DNA of 64,000 nucleotides from Roseibacillus sp. (lineage in GTDB: Bacteria; Verrucomicrobiota; Verrucomicrobiia; Verrucomicrobiales; Akkermansiaceae): the NCBI GenBank assembly GCA_965242925.1, contig CBDEUM010000022.1, forward strand, positions 128,001-192,000, given 5' to 3'. Made by a program: the position numbers and the translations under genes. The notes under the pieces are model-generated. The model did no database searches and had not been told where the DNA came from. It saw nothing but the letters and a program-made list of their open reading frames with translations. This document shows, in pieces, positions 9,373 to 19,830 of this stretch (the first letter of the stretch is position 1; every line of letters starts with the position of its first letter).

Positions 9373-10171
9373 AACCCGACATCTCTTCCGGAACATTCCC
9401 CTGTTCCGGGCAATTGCAGCCATCTCGTTACTCCTTGCCCTGCCGGGTTGCCATCTATTCGTGGCGCAACCAGCCGCCCTCCCCCGGGATCTGGCCTCCC
9501 CGCCCCTTCCCGTCGGGTCGAATCATCCCACCCGTCATGCCCCTGCGCGGATGCCTGCAGCCTCCGGGCCCAGAACCGAACGTCTTCACCTCCTCGTCGA
9601 TTCCAGCGCCTCCGCTGCCCTCATCGGCATTACCCTGGACCCCATGGCTCTTGCGCCCCGGCGCTCGGTCTGCAGCTGCCCGCTCAAGGGGACCGTCACC
9701 GGAATACTCAAAACCTCCGGCCTCGGCACACGCACCTTCACCATCGAGAAAATCGACCTGGCCACTGCGGGTGATGGCCGCCTCGAATTTGACTGGACCC
9801 CTCTCATCGGAGCCATCAGGGCCCTGATCCCCGCCGGCATCCTCACCATCAGGGACCACACCATGCCCCACGCCATGCCGCTCCAGCAGGACGGACGTTT
9901 CTCACATCCCAAGTGCCGCTTCCGGGTCGGTGGCACCTGCCAGGTACAGGGTCGCGGTCTCGTCCTGAAGAAGAAGGTGGGCCAGAAGGAAGAGGACCTC
10001 ACCATTGCCCGGACCGAGCCAGTGGTTCTGGCGGGCTCCCTTACCCACCGGGAGAACAGATGGATCCTGGTCATTCCCTCCACCGTCATGAAGGACCGCT
10101 TTGAAATCGACGAGGAGGGAACCATCCTTGACCTCACCTTCACCGGCAGCATTACCGCGGTGGAGAAGTAG
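9365..10171 (+). CDS. Hypothetical lipoprotein
   Basis: Lipobox-like LALPGC; start overlaps fabZ stop; beta-rich mature region. Confidence 0.65.
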   Translation: MPETRHLFRNIPLFRAIAAISLLLALPGCHLFVAQPAALPRDLASPPLPVGSNHPTRHAPARMPAASGPRTERLHLLVDSSASAALIGITLDPMALAPRRSVCSCPLKGTVTGILKTSGLGTRTFTIEKIDLATAGDGRLEFDWTPLIGAIRALIPAGILTIRDHTMPHAMPLQQDGRFSHPKCRFRVGGTCQVQGRGLVLKKKVGQKEEDLTIARTEPVVLAGSLTHRENRWILVIPSTVMKDRFEIDEEGTILDLTFTGSITAVEK

Positions 10172-10558
10172 GATCGAAGACCGCCGCAGGCGGTTGTCCG
10201 GTCAGGAGGCATGAAAGGGGCGCCCCCTTCGGAACCTTGCCAGAGACAAATGGCCGGACGGAATTCTGCCGGCCAGATCGACATCATCCTCCATCCTGCT
10301 GTCGCGGCACCACCCGGCTTCAGGAGAAAGCCTCCTTCAACACGCGGCCATACAAGTTTGTAAGGGCGTCTCTCTGTCCAGATCATAGCCCAAGGGACCG
10401 GCAAGATGCCCCTGTTCGTCACTTCAAGGAGTTACCGATTCCCCGAAAAGTGCAGCACCGAACCCCGGCAAACCATTAAAACGGCACACTTTAGCACGAC
10501 CAGCGTAAATTCCGCTTCGCTATCGGGAATTCTCCGTCGAGGATAGGGCCAAGGATTC

Positions 10559-13500
10559 ATGAGTGTTAGACCCACCTCCATCCTCCTCTTCCTGGCCGCA
10601 GCCGCCCCGGCGATCTACGGCCAACCAAAGATAGAGTTCAATCGCGACATCCGCCCTATTCTGGCCGAGAACTGCTTTGCCTGCCACGGCCCCGATCCCG
10701 GCGCGCGCAAGGCCGACATGCGCCTCGATACCGAGGCGGGATTCTTTACGCAACGGGAAGATGCACCGCCCGTGGTGATCAAGGGGAACCCCGAGGAGAG
10801 CGAGCTCTATCAACGACTCATCACCGGGGATGCGGATGACATCATGCCGCCTCCCAAGAGCCACAAGAAGCTCAGCCCTGAGCAGATCGCCCTGATCAGA
10901 ACCTGGATCAGCCAGAACGCCCCGTGGCAGGCGCACTGGTCCCTCCGCAGTCCCGTGCGTCCCGGGGTGCCAACTCCAAAGAAGGCCGACTGGTCACGGA
11001 ATGCCGTTGACCGCTTTCTCCTCGCCAAGCTTGAGGAGGAGGGCCTCACCCCGGCCCCGGATGCCGATCCCCATGTTCTTGTCCGACGGCTTGCTCTTGA
11101 TCTGACAGGACTCCCGCCAGACCCCGAAATCACCTCCGGGTTCATTGCCACCCCGACTGAGGAAAACTACCTCAAGCTCATCGACACCCTCCTGACCTCA
11201 CCACGTTACGGTGAGCATCGCGCCCGTTACTGGCTTGATGCGGCACGCTACGGTGACACGCACGGACTGCACTTTGACAACTACCGTGAGATGTATCCCT
11301 ATCGCGACTGGGTGGTGAAGTCCTTCAACCAGAACCTGCCCTATGACAAGTTTACCATCTGGCAACTGGCCGGAGACCTTCTCCCCGAACCCTCCCTTGA
11401 TCAGCTTATCGCCACTGGCTTCCAACGCTGCAACATCACCACCAACGAAGGCGGGACAATTGCAGAGGAAAACCTGGCCATCTATGCCGCTGACCGCGTG
11501 CAGACCTTTGGCTGGGTCTACCTCGGTCTGACCACCAACTGTGCCCAGTGCCATGATCACAAGTTTGACCCCTTCACCACGCAAGACTACTACGCGATGG
11601 CGGCCTTCTTCCGGAACACCACCCAGGGTGCATTGGACGGTAACGCCTCCGACGGCCGCGGACCGGTCATCAAGGTCCCCTTCAACGAGGATCGGGAGAA
11701 ACGGGAGTCGCTCGACAAGGAGATTGCGGAAGCCCAATCCCAGCTTGAAAACAGGCGAACGGAAGCAAAACCCGACTTTGAAAAGTGGGCTGCCACCGCC
11801 AACCCGGATCAATTGGCCGAAGCCCAGCCCCGGGAAGGCCTTCTGGTGCATGTCCCGCTCAACGAAGGACTCGGCGATAAGGTGAAAGGCACGGTCAAGG
11901 GAGAGGAAAAAACCTTCAAGTCCAAGGGCTTTCTCACCTGGGATCCCAAGGGCAAGATCGGTCCCGCTCCCCGCATCAAGCGTGGCCGCACCTTTGACCT
12001 CGGTGACCTCGCCAACTTCAAGATCGATCAAGCCTTCAGCTACGGTGCCTGGATCCGTTCTGCGCGTGGCATCAATGGCGCGGTCTTCGCTCGCATGGAT
12101 ACAGCCAGGAAGCACCGCGGCTGGGATCTCTGGCAGCAGGGCGCGCACTTCGGGGCCCACCTCGTCGATAACTATCCCGACAACGCCTTCAAGGTCATTA
12201 CCCAGAAAGCGGTCCTCAAATTCGGCCAGTGGAACCACGTCTTTGTCACCTACAACGGAAGCGGCAAGGCGGAGGGACTCCGCCTCTATCACAATGGGGT
12301 CGAGCAGACCAAGAGCGTGGAGAGTGGCTCCCTCAAGCCGAATGCCGACATCACCTCCGGGACCCCGCTGCAGATCGGACAGCGAAGCGCAGGAGAGTTC
12401 TTCGAAGATGGCTTCCTGCAGGACATGCGCATCTATGAACGCACCCTCTCCGCGGGCGAGATCAAGGCCCTCGCCGACTCCGGACCCCTCCGCGCCATCC
12501 TGGCAACCGCCGCCCAGGACCGTAGTGCCGAGCAAACCAAGGTCCTCTTTGAGAATTTCCTCTACACCCGCGACCAGCAGTTCTCAGCCCTCACCGAAAC
12601 AATCGCCAAGCTGAAATCGCAGCGTCAGGGACTCAACGGCAGCGCAGCTATCACCCACGTCCAGAAAGAGAAAGCGGGCATGGCCATGGCTGATATCCTG
12701 ATGCGAGGACAATACGACAAGAAGGGTGACCAGATGAAAGCCAACACCCCTTCCGCCCTGCCCCCCCTGCCCGGCGATGCCCCACCCAACCGTCTCGGAC
12801 TGGCCCAGTGGGTGGTTTCTCCCGAGAACCCCCTCACCGCCCGCGTAACCGTCAACCGGCTCTGGCAGGAGATCTTCGGACAGGGGATCGTGGTGACCTC
12901 GGAAGACTTCGGCATCATGGGAATGCCGCCTACCCATCCCAAGTTACTCGACTGGCTGGCGGTGGAGTTTCGCGAATCAGGCTGGGACGTGAAGAAGTTC
13001 ATGAAACTTCTGGTCACCAGCCGTGCCTATCGCCAGGCCGCCCTCACCACTCCGGAGAAGCGCGAAAAGGACGAAGACAACCGCTTCCTGAGCCGGGGAC
13101 CGCGCTTCCGCATGGATGCGGAGATGGTCCGCGACTACGCCCTCGCGGCCAGCGGCCTTCTATCCAGCTCCATGGGAGGGCCCGGGGTCCGCCCCTATCA
13201 ACCCGGTGACATCTGGAACGTCGTCGGGCTGCCCGGCGGCAATACCCGTAATTACAAGCAGGACACCGGGGAGAAACTCTACCGCCGCACGCTCTACAAC
13301 TTCTGGAAACGCATGGCTCATCCACCCAACATGGAGGCTTTCAACGCTCCCAGCCGCGAGGTTTGCACCGTGCGCCGCGAACGCACCAACACACCCCTGC
13401 AGGCTCTGGTCACCATGAACGACCCCCAGTTCGTGGAAGCCGCCCGCGCCCTCGCCCAGCGTGCCCTGCGGGCAGCTTCCGGCGAAGACTCCGCCACCAT

Positions 13501-13735
13501 GGACTACATTGCCCGGCGAACTCTCTGCCGTCCGCTCAAGCCCCGCGAAATCACCATCCTCCAAGCCTGTCTCGCCGACCACACCGCTCACTACAAGGAT
13601 AACCTCACCGATGCCAAGTCCCTCCTCAAGGTGGGCGAAAGCACAGCCGATCCAACCCTCGATCCCCGCAAACTCGCGGCTTGGACCATGCTGTGCAACC
13701 AGATGCTCAACCTCGATGAAGTGCTGACCAAGTAG
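10559..13735 (+). CDS. Planctomycete cytochrome c / DUF1549 / LamG-like / DUF1553 protein
   Basis: 'FNRDIRPILAENCFACHGPD', 'WLDAARYGDTHG', second CxxCH (CAQCHDHKFDP), LamG-like insert 'WNHVFVTYNG', 'NPLTARVTVNRLW', 'TNTPLQAL'. Confidence 0.9.
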   Translation: MSVRPTSILLFLAAAAPAIYGQPKIEFNRDIRPILAENCFACHGPDPGARKADMRLDTEAGFFTQREDAPPVVIKGNPEESELYQRLITGDADDIMPPPKSHKKLSPEQIALIRTWISQNAPWQAHWSLRSPVRPGVPTPKKADWSRNAVDRFLLAKLEEEGLTPAPDADPHVLVRRLALDLTGLPPDPEITSGFIATPTEENYLKLIDTLLTSPRYGEHRARYWLDAARYGDTHGLHFDNYREMYPYRDWVVKSFNQNLPYDKFTIWQLAGDLLPEPSLDQLIATGFQRCNITTNEGGTIAEENLAIYAADRVQTFGWVYLGLTTNCAQCHDHKFDPFTTQDYYAMAAFFRNTTQGALDGNASDGRGPVIKVPFNEDREKRESLDKEIAEAQSQLENRRTEAKPDFEKWAATANPDQLAEAQPREGLLVHVPLNEGLGDKVKGTVKGEEKTFKSKGFLTWDPKGKIGPAPRIKRGRTFDLGDLANFKIDQAFSYGAWIRSARGINGAVFARMDTARKHRGWDLWQQGAHFGAHLVDNYPDNAFKVITQKAVLKFGQWNHVFVTYNGSGKAEGLRLYHNGVEQTKSVESGSLKPNADITSGTPLQIGQRSAGEFFEDGFLQDMRIYERTLSAGEIKALADSGPLRAILATAAQDRSAEQTKVLFENFLYTRDQQFSALTETIAKLKSQRQGLNGSAAITHVQKEKAGMAMADILMRGQYDKKGDQMKANTPSALPPLPGDAPPNRLGLAQWVVSPENPLTARVTVNRLWQEIFGQGIVVTSEDFGIMGMPPTHPKLLDWLAVEFRESGWDVKKFMKLLVTSRAYRQAALTTPEKREKDEDNRFLSRGPRFRMDAEMVRDYALAASGLLSSSMGGPGVRPYQPGDIWNVVGLPGGNTRNYKQDTGEKLYRRTLYNFWKRMAHPPNMEAFNAPSREVCTVRRERTNTPLQALVTMNDPQFVEAARALAQRALRAASGEDSATMDYIARRTLCRPLKPREITILQACLADHTAHYKDNLTDAKSLLKVGESTADPTLDPRKLAAWTMLCNQMLNLDEVLTK

Positions 13736-13793
13736 AAACTGCACCTGCCCGGGGACAGAACAGCCCCGACTTCCAGACCACCCGGAACGACCC

Positions 13794-15245
13794 ATGAATC
13801 TCTTCCACGAATACCTCCAGGCCCAATCCCGGCGCTACTTCCTTTCGCAGGGAAAGAACGTGCTGGGCGGTGCGGCCCTCGCCTCCCTGCTGGGACGGTC
13901 AATGAGCGGAGAGGCTAATGCCGCTGGCGCCGTCAAGACCCACTTCGCTCCCAAGGCCAAGCGCGTGATCTACCTCCACATGGTGGGGGGACCCGCACAG
14001 ATGGATCTCTTCGACTACAAGCCGGTCATGCAGAAGTGGTATGACAAGGACCTTCCCGACACCGTGCGAATGGGCCAGCGCCTGACCACCATGACAAGTG
14101 GACAGAAGCGATTCCCGATCGCTCCTTCCAAATACAAGTTTGCCCAGAAGGGGCAGTGCGGGATGTGGATGAACGATGAACTGCTCCCCAACCTGCACCA
14201 GTGTGCCGACGATATCTGCTGGATGCGAAGCCTTCACACCGAGGCCATCAACCACGAACCGGCCATCGCAGCCATGCAGACCGGCAACCAGATCACCGGG
14301 CGTCCCTGCCTCGGATCATGGGCCTCCTACGGCCTTGGATCCATGAATGAAGACCTCCCCGCTTTCGTGGTCATGGTGGCCACTCCCAGTAACCGTGAAC
14401 AGGAACAGGCAATCTCCTCGCGGCTCTGGTCCAGCGGCTATCTCTCAGGGGAACACGCGGGAGTCTCCTTCCGGAGCAAGGGTGACCCCATCCTCTATAT
14501 CAATAACCCTGACGGCGTACCCGACGCGATCCGGCAGCGCACCATCAAGGGCATCAACGATATGAATGAGCTGACTTACAAGGAACTCGGCGACCCCGAG
14601 ACCTTCACCCGCATCAGGCAGTATGAGATGGCCGCCAGCATGCAGGCCAGCATGCCTGAGCTCACCGATCTCAGCAAGGAACCCAAACGCACCTTCGAAC
14701 TTTATGGCGAGGAAGCCAAAAAGCCGGGAAGCTTCGCCAACGTCGCGCTCATGGCTCGGCGACTCGCTGAAAGAAATGTCCGTTTCATCCAGGTCTATCA
14801 CAATAACTGGGATCACCACGGCAATGTGAATGGCCGCATGCCGTCCCAGTGCAGGGATGTGGACCGCCCCTGCTATGCCCTTATCAACGACCTCAAGGAA
14901 CGGGGCATGTTCGAGGATACCCTCATCATCTGGGGTGGGGAATTCGGGCGCACCATCTACAGCCAGGGCGGCCTCAGCAAGACGAACTACGGCCGCGATC
15001 ACCATCCACGTTGCTTCACGATGTGGATGGCGGGCGGCGGAAGCAAGGGTGGCTCCATCTACGGGGAGACCGATGACTTCAGCTACAACATCGTCAAGGA
15101 TCCCCTCCACATCCGCGATTTCCACGCCACCATCCTCCACCTCCTCGGCTACGATCACGAAAGGTTCACCGTGAAATACCAGGGCCTCGATCAGCGCCTC
15201 ACCGGGGTAGAGAAGGCCAAGGTGGTAAAGGAGCTCCTTGCCTGA
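13794..15245 (+). CDS. DUF1501 protein (Tat-like signal)
   Basis: 'SRRYFL' leader, 'HFAPKAKRVIYLHMVGGP', 'WDHH', 'WGGEFGRT', 'GRDHHP'. Confidence 0.92.
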   Translation: MNLFHEYLQAQSRRYFLSQGKNVLGGAALASLLGRSMSGEANAAGAVKTHFAPKAKRVIYLHMVGGPAQMDLFDYKPVMQKWYDKDLPDTVRMGQRLTTMTSGQKRFPIAPSKYKFAQKGQCGMWMNDELLPNLHQCADDICWMRSLHTEAINHEPAIAAMQTGNQITGRPCLGSWASYGLGSMNEDLPAFVVMVATPSNREQEQAISSRLWSSGYLSGEHAGVSFRSKGDPILYINNPDGVPDAIRQRTIKGINDMNELTYKELGDPETFTRIRQYEMAASMQASMPELTDLSKEPKRTFELYGEEAKKPGSFANVALMARRLAERNVRFIQVYHNNWDHHGNVNGRMPSQCRDVDRPCYALINDLKERGMFEDTLIIWGGEFGRTIYSQGGLSKTNYGRDHHPRCFTMWMAGGGSKGGSIYGETDDFSYNIVKDPLHIRDFHATILHLLGYDHERFTVKYQGLDQRLTGVEKAKVVKELLA

Positions 15246-15288
15246 TCTCGACATCAGTCCCTATCGTAAAAGGATAACCATTTAACGT

Positions 15289-17577
15289 ATGATCGGTCTC
15301 CGGCAGAAAACAGCGCAGTCCGCCGTTATCGTTTGTTTCATGGTATTTCTACCGGCTTACGCAGGTGACGAGTCGGCCCCCTCTGGAATTCACTGGGCAT
15401 TTGTGAAGCCCCAACGGCCATCGACGCCGCCGATTTCAAACACCAAGTGGCCGCGCAATGACATCGACCGGTTTGTCTTGAAGCAAATCGAGGACTCCAG
15501 TCTGCAGCCTTCGGTCGAGGCGGGTGCGCGCACGTTGATACGGCGTCTGCATTTTGACCTCACCGGGTTGCCCCCCACTCCGGCAGAAATTTCGGCATTC
15601 GAGAATGATTCAAGGGCCGACCCTGATTCCGCCCTTGAGAAGCTGGTGGATCGGCTATTGGGCAGCCCGCATTTTGGTGAAAAATGGGCGCGCTGGTGGA
15701 TGGACCTGGCGCATTACGGTGACAGCGACGGCTACCTGACCGATCAGTTGCGCCCCGTGGCGTGGCGTTGGCGGCAGTGGGTGGTGGAGGCCTTCAATCG
15801 CAACCTGCCGTTTGACCAGTTCACAATCGAGCAACTCGCTGGCGACCTGTTGCCCGGGGCAACCACCCAGCAGCGCATCGCCACCGGTTTTCTGCGCAAC
15901 ACGCTCAGTAACAGGGAAGGCGGTGCAGACCTTGAGGAATTCCGCGTGCTCCAGGTAAAGGATCGCACCAGCACCCTAGGGACCGTCTGGCTCGGACTCA
16001 CCCTCCAGTGCGCCGAGTGCCACGATCACAAGCACGACCCCTTCCCCCAGGAGGAATTCTACCGCCTCTACGCCTTCTTCAATAACGCCGACGAACTGAA
16101 CATCAACGCACCGCTGCCTGCCGAATCCGGGAAATACGCACCGGCCAAAATAGCTTACGACAGAAAACGGCGCGAATTATTGGAGCCAGTCGCGGATAGT
16201 CTCGACGCCCTGCAGAAACGCTGGGAGGCCAAGCTGCTGGACACGGAGAACAACCCGGGACGTGACCATCACTGGGATCGCGAACTGGAACTGCTGGGCT
16301 TGATCTGGGGCGGTAATCTTGGAGAAGGACAGCTTGAGGGATTGAATATCCTCTACAAACCCTGGACCCAACGCACGCCGATTGAGAGTGTCCGCTTGCA
16401 GGATTATTTTCTGCGGAAGGGATCCCGGATCGACGAAAAAAAATTCAAGGAGCTGCGAATCAATGAACTCGTGGAGCAGCTTGGGGAATTGGAAACGGAC
16501 CTCCCGCCCATCACCCGCGCGCCCACAATCGTCAAGCATCACGTCTACCGCCCCACACACCTGCATACCCGCGGCAATTTCCGGAGCCCGGGCAAGGAGA
16601 TGCAGCCGGCCACGCCGGGAGCGTTACATCCGCTGCAGTCCCAGGGCACACCCAACCGACTGGCGCTGGCGCGCTGGGTGATTTCCGCGGACAACCCGCT
16701 GGTCGCGCGCGTGGTGGTCAACCGCTTGTGGCAGGAGATGTTCGGACGGGCCCTGGTCATTACCCCGGATGACTTCGGCATCCGGGGCGCGCGCCCCTCG
16801 CACCCCGCCCTGCTCGACTGGCTCGCCACGGAATTCATCCGGCGGGATTGGGATACGAAGGCCATGCTCAGATTGATGCTCACTTCGGCCACATACCGCC
16901 AGTCTGCGTCCCTTACCCCCGCATCGCTTACCCACGACCCGGACAATATCCTGCTCACCCGTTACACCCGGCAGCGACTCTCCGCGGAATTAGTTCGCGA
17001 CAATGCCCTGGCGGCCAGCGGTTTGCTCAATCGCAAGGTCGGCGGAGCAAGCGTCCGGCCTCCGCAACCTGAAAGTGTCATCAAGGAAAGCTTCAGCGGG
17101 AAATGGGAGGTGAGTGAGGGACCCGACCGTCACCGGCGCGGACTTTACACCTTTATCCAGCGCTCCGCGCCCTTCGCGCAGTATGTCACCTTTGATTTTC
17201 CGGACAATACGCGACCCTGTACCCGGCGCATCCATTCAAATACCCCGTTGCAGGCACTCTCCCTGCTCAACGACCCGGTCTTCTTTGAGGCCGCCCAGGC
17301 CCTGGCTGCGCGCCTGCTGCAAGAGGGCAGCCCGTCCACCCATGAACGCCTTTCCCGGGCCTTTCTCCTCTGCCTCGCCCGCGCCCCATTACCATCGGAG
17401 ACAGCGCGGTTGGAAAAATACCTCGCTGCGCAGACCGACATTTTAAGGGATGCCCCCGGGGAGGCGAGCGCAATGGCTGGTGAGCCGATCGAAGGTTTCT
17501 CCCCGCCCCTACAGGCTGCGTGGGTGGGGGTCGCCAGCATCTTGCTGAACCTCGATGAATTCGTGACCAAACAATGA
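15289..17577 (+). CDS. DUF1549/DUF1553 protein lacking the N-terminal cytochrome c domain
   Basis: 'HWAF', 'DLTGLPPT', 'WMDLAHYGDSDG', CAECHDHKHDP, 'SNTPLQAL', 'LLNLDEF'. Confidence 0.9.
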   Translation: MIGLRQKTAQSAVIVCFMVFLPAYAGDESAPSGIHWAFVKPQRPSTPPISNTKWPRNDIDRFVLKQIEDSSLQPSVEAGARTLIRRLHFDLTGLPPTPAEISAFENDSRADPDSALEKLVDRLLGSPHFGEKWARWWMDLAHYGDSDGYLTDQLRPVAWRWRQWVVEAFNRNLPFDQFTIEQLAGDLLPGATTQQRIATGFLRNTLSNREGGADLEEFRVLQVKDRTSTLGTVWLGLTLQCAECHDHKHDPFPQEEFYRLYAFFNNADELNINAPLPAESGKYAPAKIAYDRKRRELLEPVADSLDALQKRWEAKLLDTENNPGRDHHWDRELELLGLIWGGNLGEGQLEGLNILYKPWTQRTPIESVRLQDYFLRKGSRIDEKKFKELRINELVEQLGELETDLPPITRAPTIVKHHVYRPTHLHTRGNFRSPGKEMQPATPGALHPLQSQGTPNRLALARWVISADNPLVARVVVNRLWQEMFGRALVITPDDFGIRGARPSHPALLDWLATEFIRRDWDTKAMLRLMLTSATYRQSASLTPASLTHDPDNILLTRYTRQRLSAELVRDNALAASGLLNRKVGGASVRPPQPESVIKESFSGKWEVSEGPDRHRRGLYTFIQRSAPFAQYVTFDFPDNTRPCTRRIHSNTPLQALSLLNDPVFFEAAQALAARLLQEGSPSTHERLSRAFLLCLARAPLPSETARLEKYLAAQTDILRDAPGEASAMAGEPIEGFSPPLQAAWVGVASILLNLDEFVTKQ

Positions 17578-18989
17578 CCATGGACAGGAACACCTTTGGG
17601 CAAATTCAATCACGCCGAAGATTTCTTGAGCAGACCGCCTGTGGCCTGGGCGGCATGGCACTATGGCAACTGATGGCTGATGACACCGGTCTGAAGGCGC
17701 ATTTTGCGCCGCGGGCAAGGAATGTCATTTTTCTCTTCATGCCCGGCGGGCCCTCGCAGCTCGACCTCCTGGATCCCAAGCCGGCCATGAAAGAACATCA
17801 TGGCCAACCCGTGCCCGGGCACATGCTGGAAAATCTCGATGATGGCCTCATCCGCGGCTCTGCGCGTGTCTTTGCCAGTCCGCGCACATTCAAGCAGCAC
17901 GGACAGAGCGGCATGCCATTTTCGGACTACCTGCCACACCTTGGCAGGATTGCCGATGACATCTGCCTCGTTCGCTCGATGCATACCAACGTGCCCAACC
18001 ACACGCCCGGCCAGTTGCTGATGAACTGCGGCCAGCAGATTTTCGGACACCCCAGCATGGGTTCGTGGGTGACCTACGGACTGGGCAGCGAAAACCGCAA
18101 CCTTCCGGGATTCGTGGTGATGACCTCCAATTCCGGCAGCGGTATTGACGCCGGCACCGCCAACTGGTCCAACGGTTTCCTGCCCCCCGAATACCGGGGG
18201 GTTACCTTTCGTGCCTCGGGCGATCCGGTGTTGAACCTGTCCAACCCCACGGGCATCAGCGCTACCTCGCAACGCACACGGCTCGACGCCATGCACGACC
18301 TGAACCGGCTACAATTGGCAACCACTGGCGACCCGGAGATCGCTTCACGCATGGCTTCCTACGAGATGGCTTTTCGGATGCAGAGCGCCGCGCCGGAGCT
18401 CTTGGATTTTTCCGGCGAGACAAAGGTCACCCGCGAAATGTACGGCCTCGATAACGACATCACCAGGTCCTTTGGCACCAACTGTCTCCTGGCACGACGG
18501 ATGATTGAGCGCGGGGTCCGCTTTGTGCAGCTCTACCACTCAACCTGGGATGACCACTCAAACCTGAACACAAAGCTGAAAGAAAACTGCGACATGACCG
18601 ATCGCGGAACAGCCGCCCTGGTGCTGGACCTGAAACAACGCGGCCTGCTCGACGATACCCTGGTGATCTGGGGTGGTGAATTTGGCCGAACCCCCATGAA
18701 CGAGGTGCGTCGCGGCAACACGCCTGGCAAGGAGGGCCGCGATCATCATCCGTTTGCGTTCTCCATGTGGCTGGCGGGCGGGGGCGTAAAGGCAGGACAC
18801 ATCGTCGGCGAGACAGACGAGCTGGGCTACCACATCACCCGCAATCCCATCCATGTGCACGACCTCCAGGCCACCATCCTCCACTGCCTCGGCCTGGACC
18901 ACGAAAGGCTCACCGTGAAACACCAGGGCCTTGATCACCGCCTCACCGGGGTGGAGAAGGCCAGGGTGGCAAAGGAGATCCTTGCCTGA
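17574..18989 (+). CDS. DUF1501 protein (second copy)
   Basis: 'SRRRFL', 'FMPGGPSQLD', 'WDDH', 'WGGEFGRTP', 'GRDHHP'; ATGA overlap with upstream gene. Confidence 0.92.
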   Translation: MTMDRNTFGQIQSRRRFLEQTACGLGGMALWQLMADDTGLKAHFAPRARNVIFLFMPGGPSQLDLLDPKPAMKEHHGQPVPGHMLENLDDGLIRGSARVFASPRTFKQHGQSGMPFSDYLPHLGRIADDICLVRSMHTNVPNHTPGQLLMNCGQQIFGHPSMGSWVTYGLGSENRNLPGFVVMTSNSGSGIDAGTANWSNGFLPPEYRGVTFRASGDPVLNLSNPTGISATSQRTRLDAMHDLNRLQLATTGDPEIASRMASYEMAFRMQSAAPELLDFSGETKVTREMYGLDNDITRSFGTNCLLARRMIERGVRFVQLYHSTWDDHSNLNTKLKENCDMTDRGTAALVLDLKQRGLLDDTLVIWGGEFGRTPMNEVRRGNTPGKEGRDHHPFAFSMWLAGGGVKAGHIVGETDELGYHITRNPIHVHDLQATILHCLGLDHERLTVKHQGLDHRLTGVEKARVAKEILA

Positions 18990-18999
18990 CCGCGCAACT

Positions 19000-19830
19000 T
19001 CAGCGGCTCTTCTTCGATCCCTTTGAGCGGGTGGCTCCGACATTGGTGGCCGGCTCCAGTTCCGCCAGTTCCAGTTCCGCCAGTTCCAGAGGTTCCGAGG
19101 GCTCCAGCTTCGCAGGGACGATGGGCGCAGAAGATTCCAGCTTCGCAAGGACAAGCCTGGCGGCTGCTTCCTCCCGTGCCACTACCGGATCCACTCCTCG
19201 CTCTACTGCATAGCGTTGGAGGAGTTCCATTTCCCGATCCGTCCGCGCCTCCTCCGCGAGAGAACGTCGGGCTTCCTTCTCATCCCAGAGGAAGCGCTCC
19301 TGCCACTCCCCGGTCAGATCGCCATGACGCAGACGCGCCGTCCCTGAGGAGTGACGGATCTCCAGTCCCACCCCGGTCACACGCCTGATCACCACATCGC
19401 GATAGGACAAGCCATAACGCGTGCGCAATTCAGGATGCCGTTCGCCTCTTGCAGCAAGCCTCACCCAACGAACGTACTCCTCCCGATAGTCCTCCTTCCG
19501 TTCTGAATGCAACCGTATCTCGCGTTCGAGAGCCGCCAATTTCTCAGACTCAGTTTTTCCTCTGCCGGTACTTGTGCGGATCAGGTGAAGACCCGCTCGC
19601 AACTCCGCAAAGCGCGTCTCGATCCCTTCCAAGGGCTCCAGCGACTCAAAATGCTTCGCGAGTGCCTCCACGAATTCTGACTGGGCCGCAAGTTGATCCT
19701 CGCTGGAAGGGGAACTCGCCGGGAGATCCCCGCAGACCAACGGGAGGGACAGCGCCATCAGCACTCCCCGGACCCGCTCACACCATCTCGTCATGGCCGC
19801 CAGGATAGCCCCCCACGAGAGCCAGAGCAA
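19000..19830 (-). CDS. Hypothetical exported coiled-coil protein
   Basis: Hydrophobic leader, coiled-coil, and 'TRYGLSYRDVVIRRVTGVGLEIRHSSGTARL...L..EWQERF' segment; start uncertain (possibly 19794). Confidence 0.6.
   Translation of the reverse strand: MLWLSWGAILAAMTRWCERVRGVLMALSLPLVCGDLPASSPSSEDQLAAQSEFVEALAKHFESLEPLEGIETRFAELRAGLHLIRTSTGRGKTESEKLAALEREIRLHSERKEDYREEYVRWVRLAARGERHPELRTRYGLSYRDVVIRRVTGVGLEIRHSSGTARLRHGDLTGEWQERFLWDEKEARRSLAEEARTDREMELLQRYAVERGVDPVVAREEAAARLVLAKLESSAPIVPAKLEPSEPLELAELELAELEPATNVGATRSKGSKKSR
19055..19089. repeat. 15-bp tandem repeat (2.3 copies) encoding LELAE-LELAE
   Basis: TCCAGTTCCGCCAGT x2 + TCCAG. Confidence 0.85.

Noticed and set aside
10251..10275. 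Imperfect palindrome TGGCCGG...GAATTC...CCGGCCA in the intergenic region
   Set aside because: Single GC-rich copy with no U-tail and no recognisable RNA motif
10481..10495. Sigma-54-like CGGCAC...TAGC upstream of the DUF1553 gene
   Set aside because: GG-to-GC spacing is one base short of the strict -24/-12 requirement
19055..19089. Short tandem repeat as a CRISPR remnant
   Set aside because: No spacers and no cas genes; it is an in-frame coding duplication
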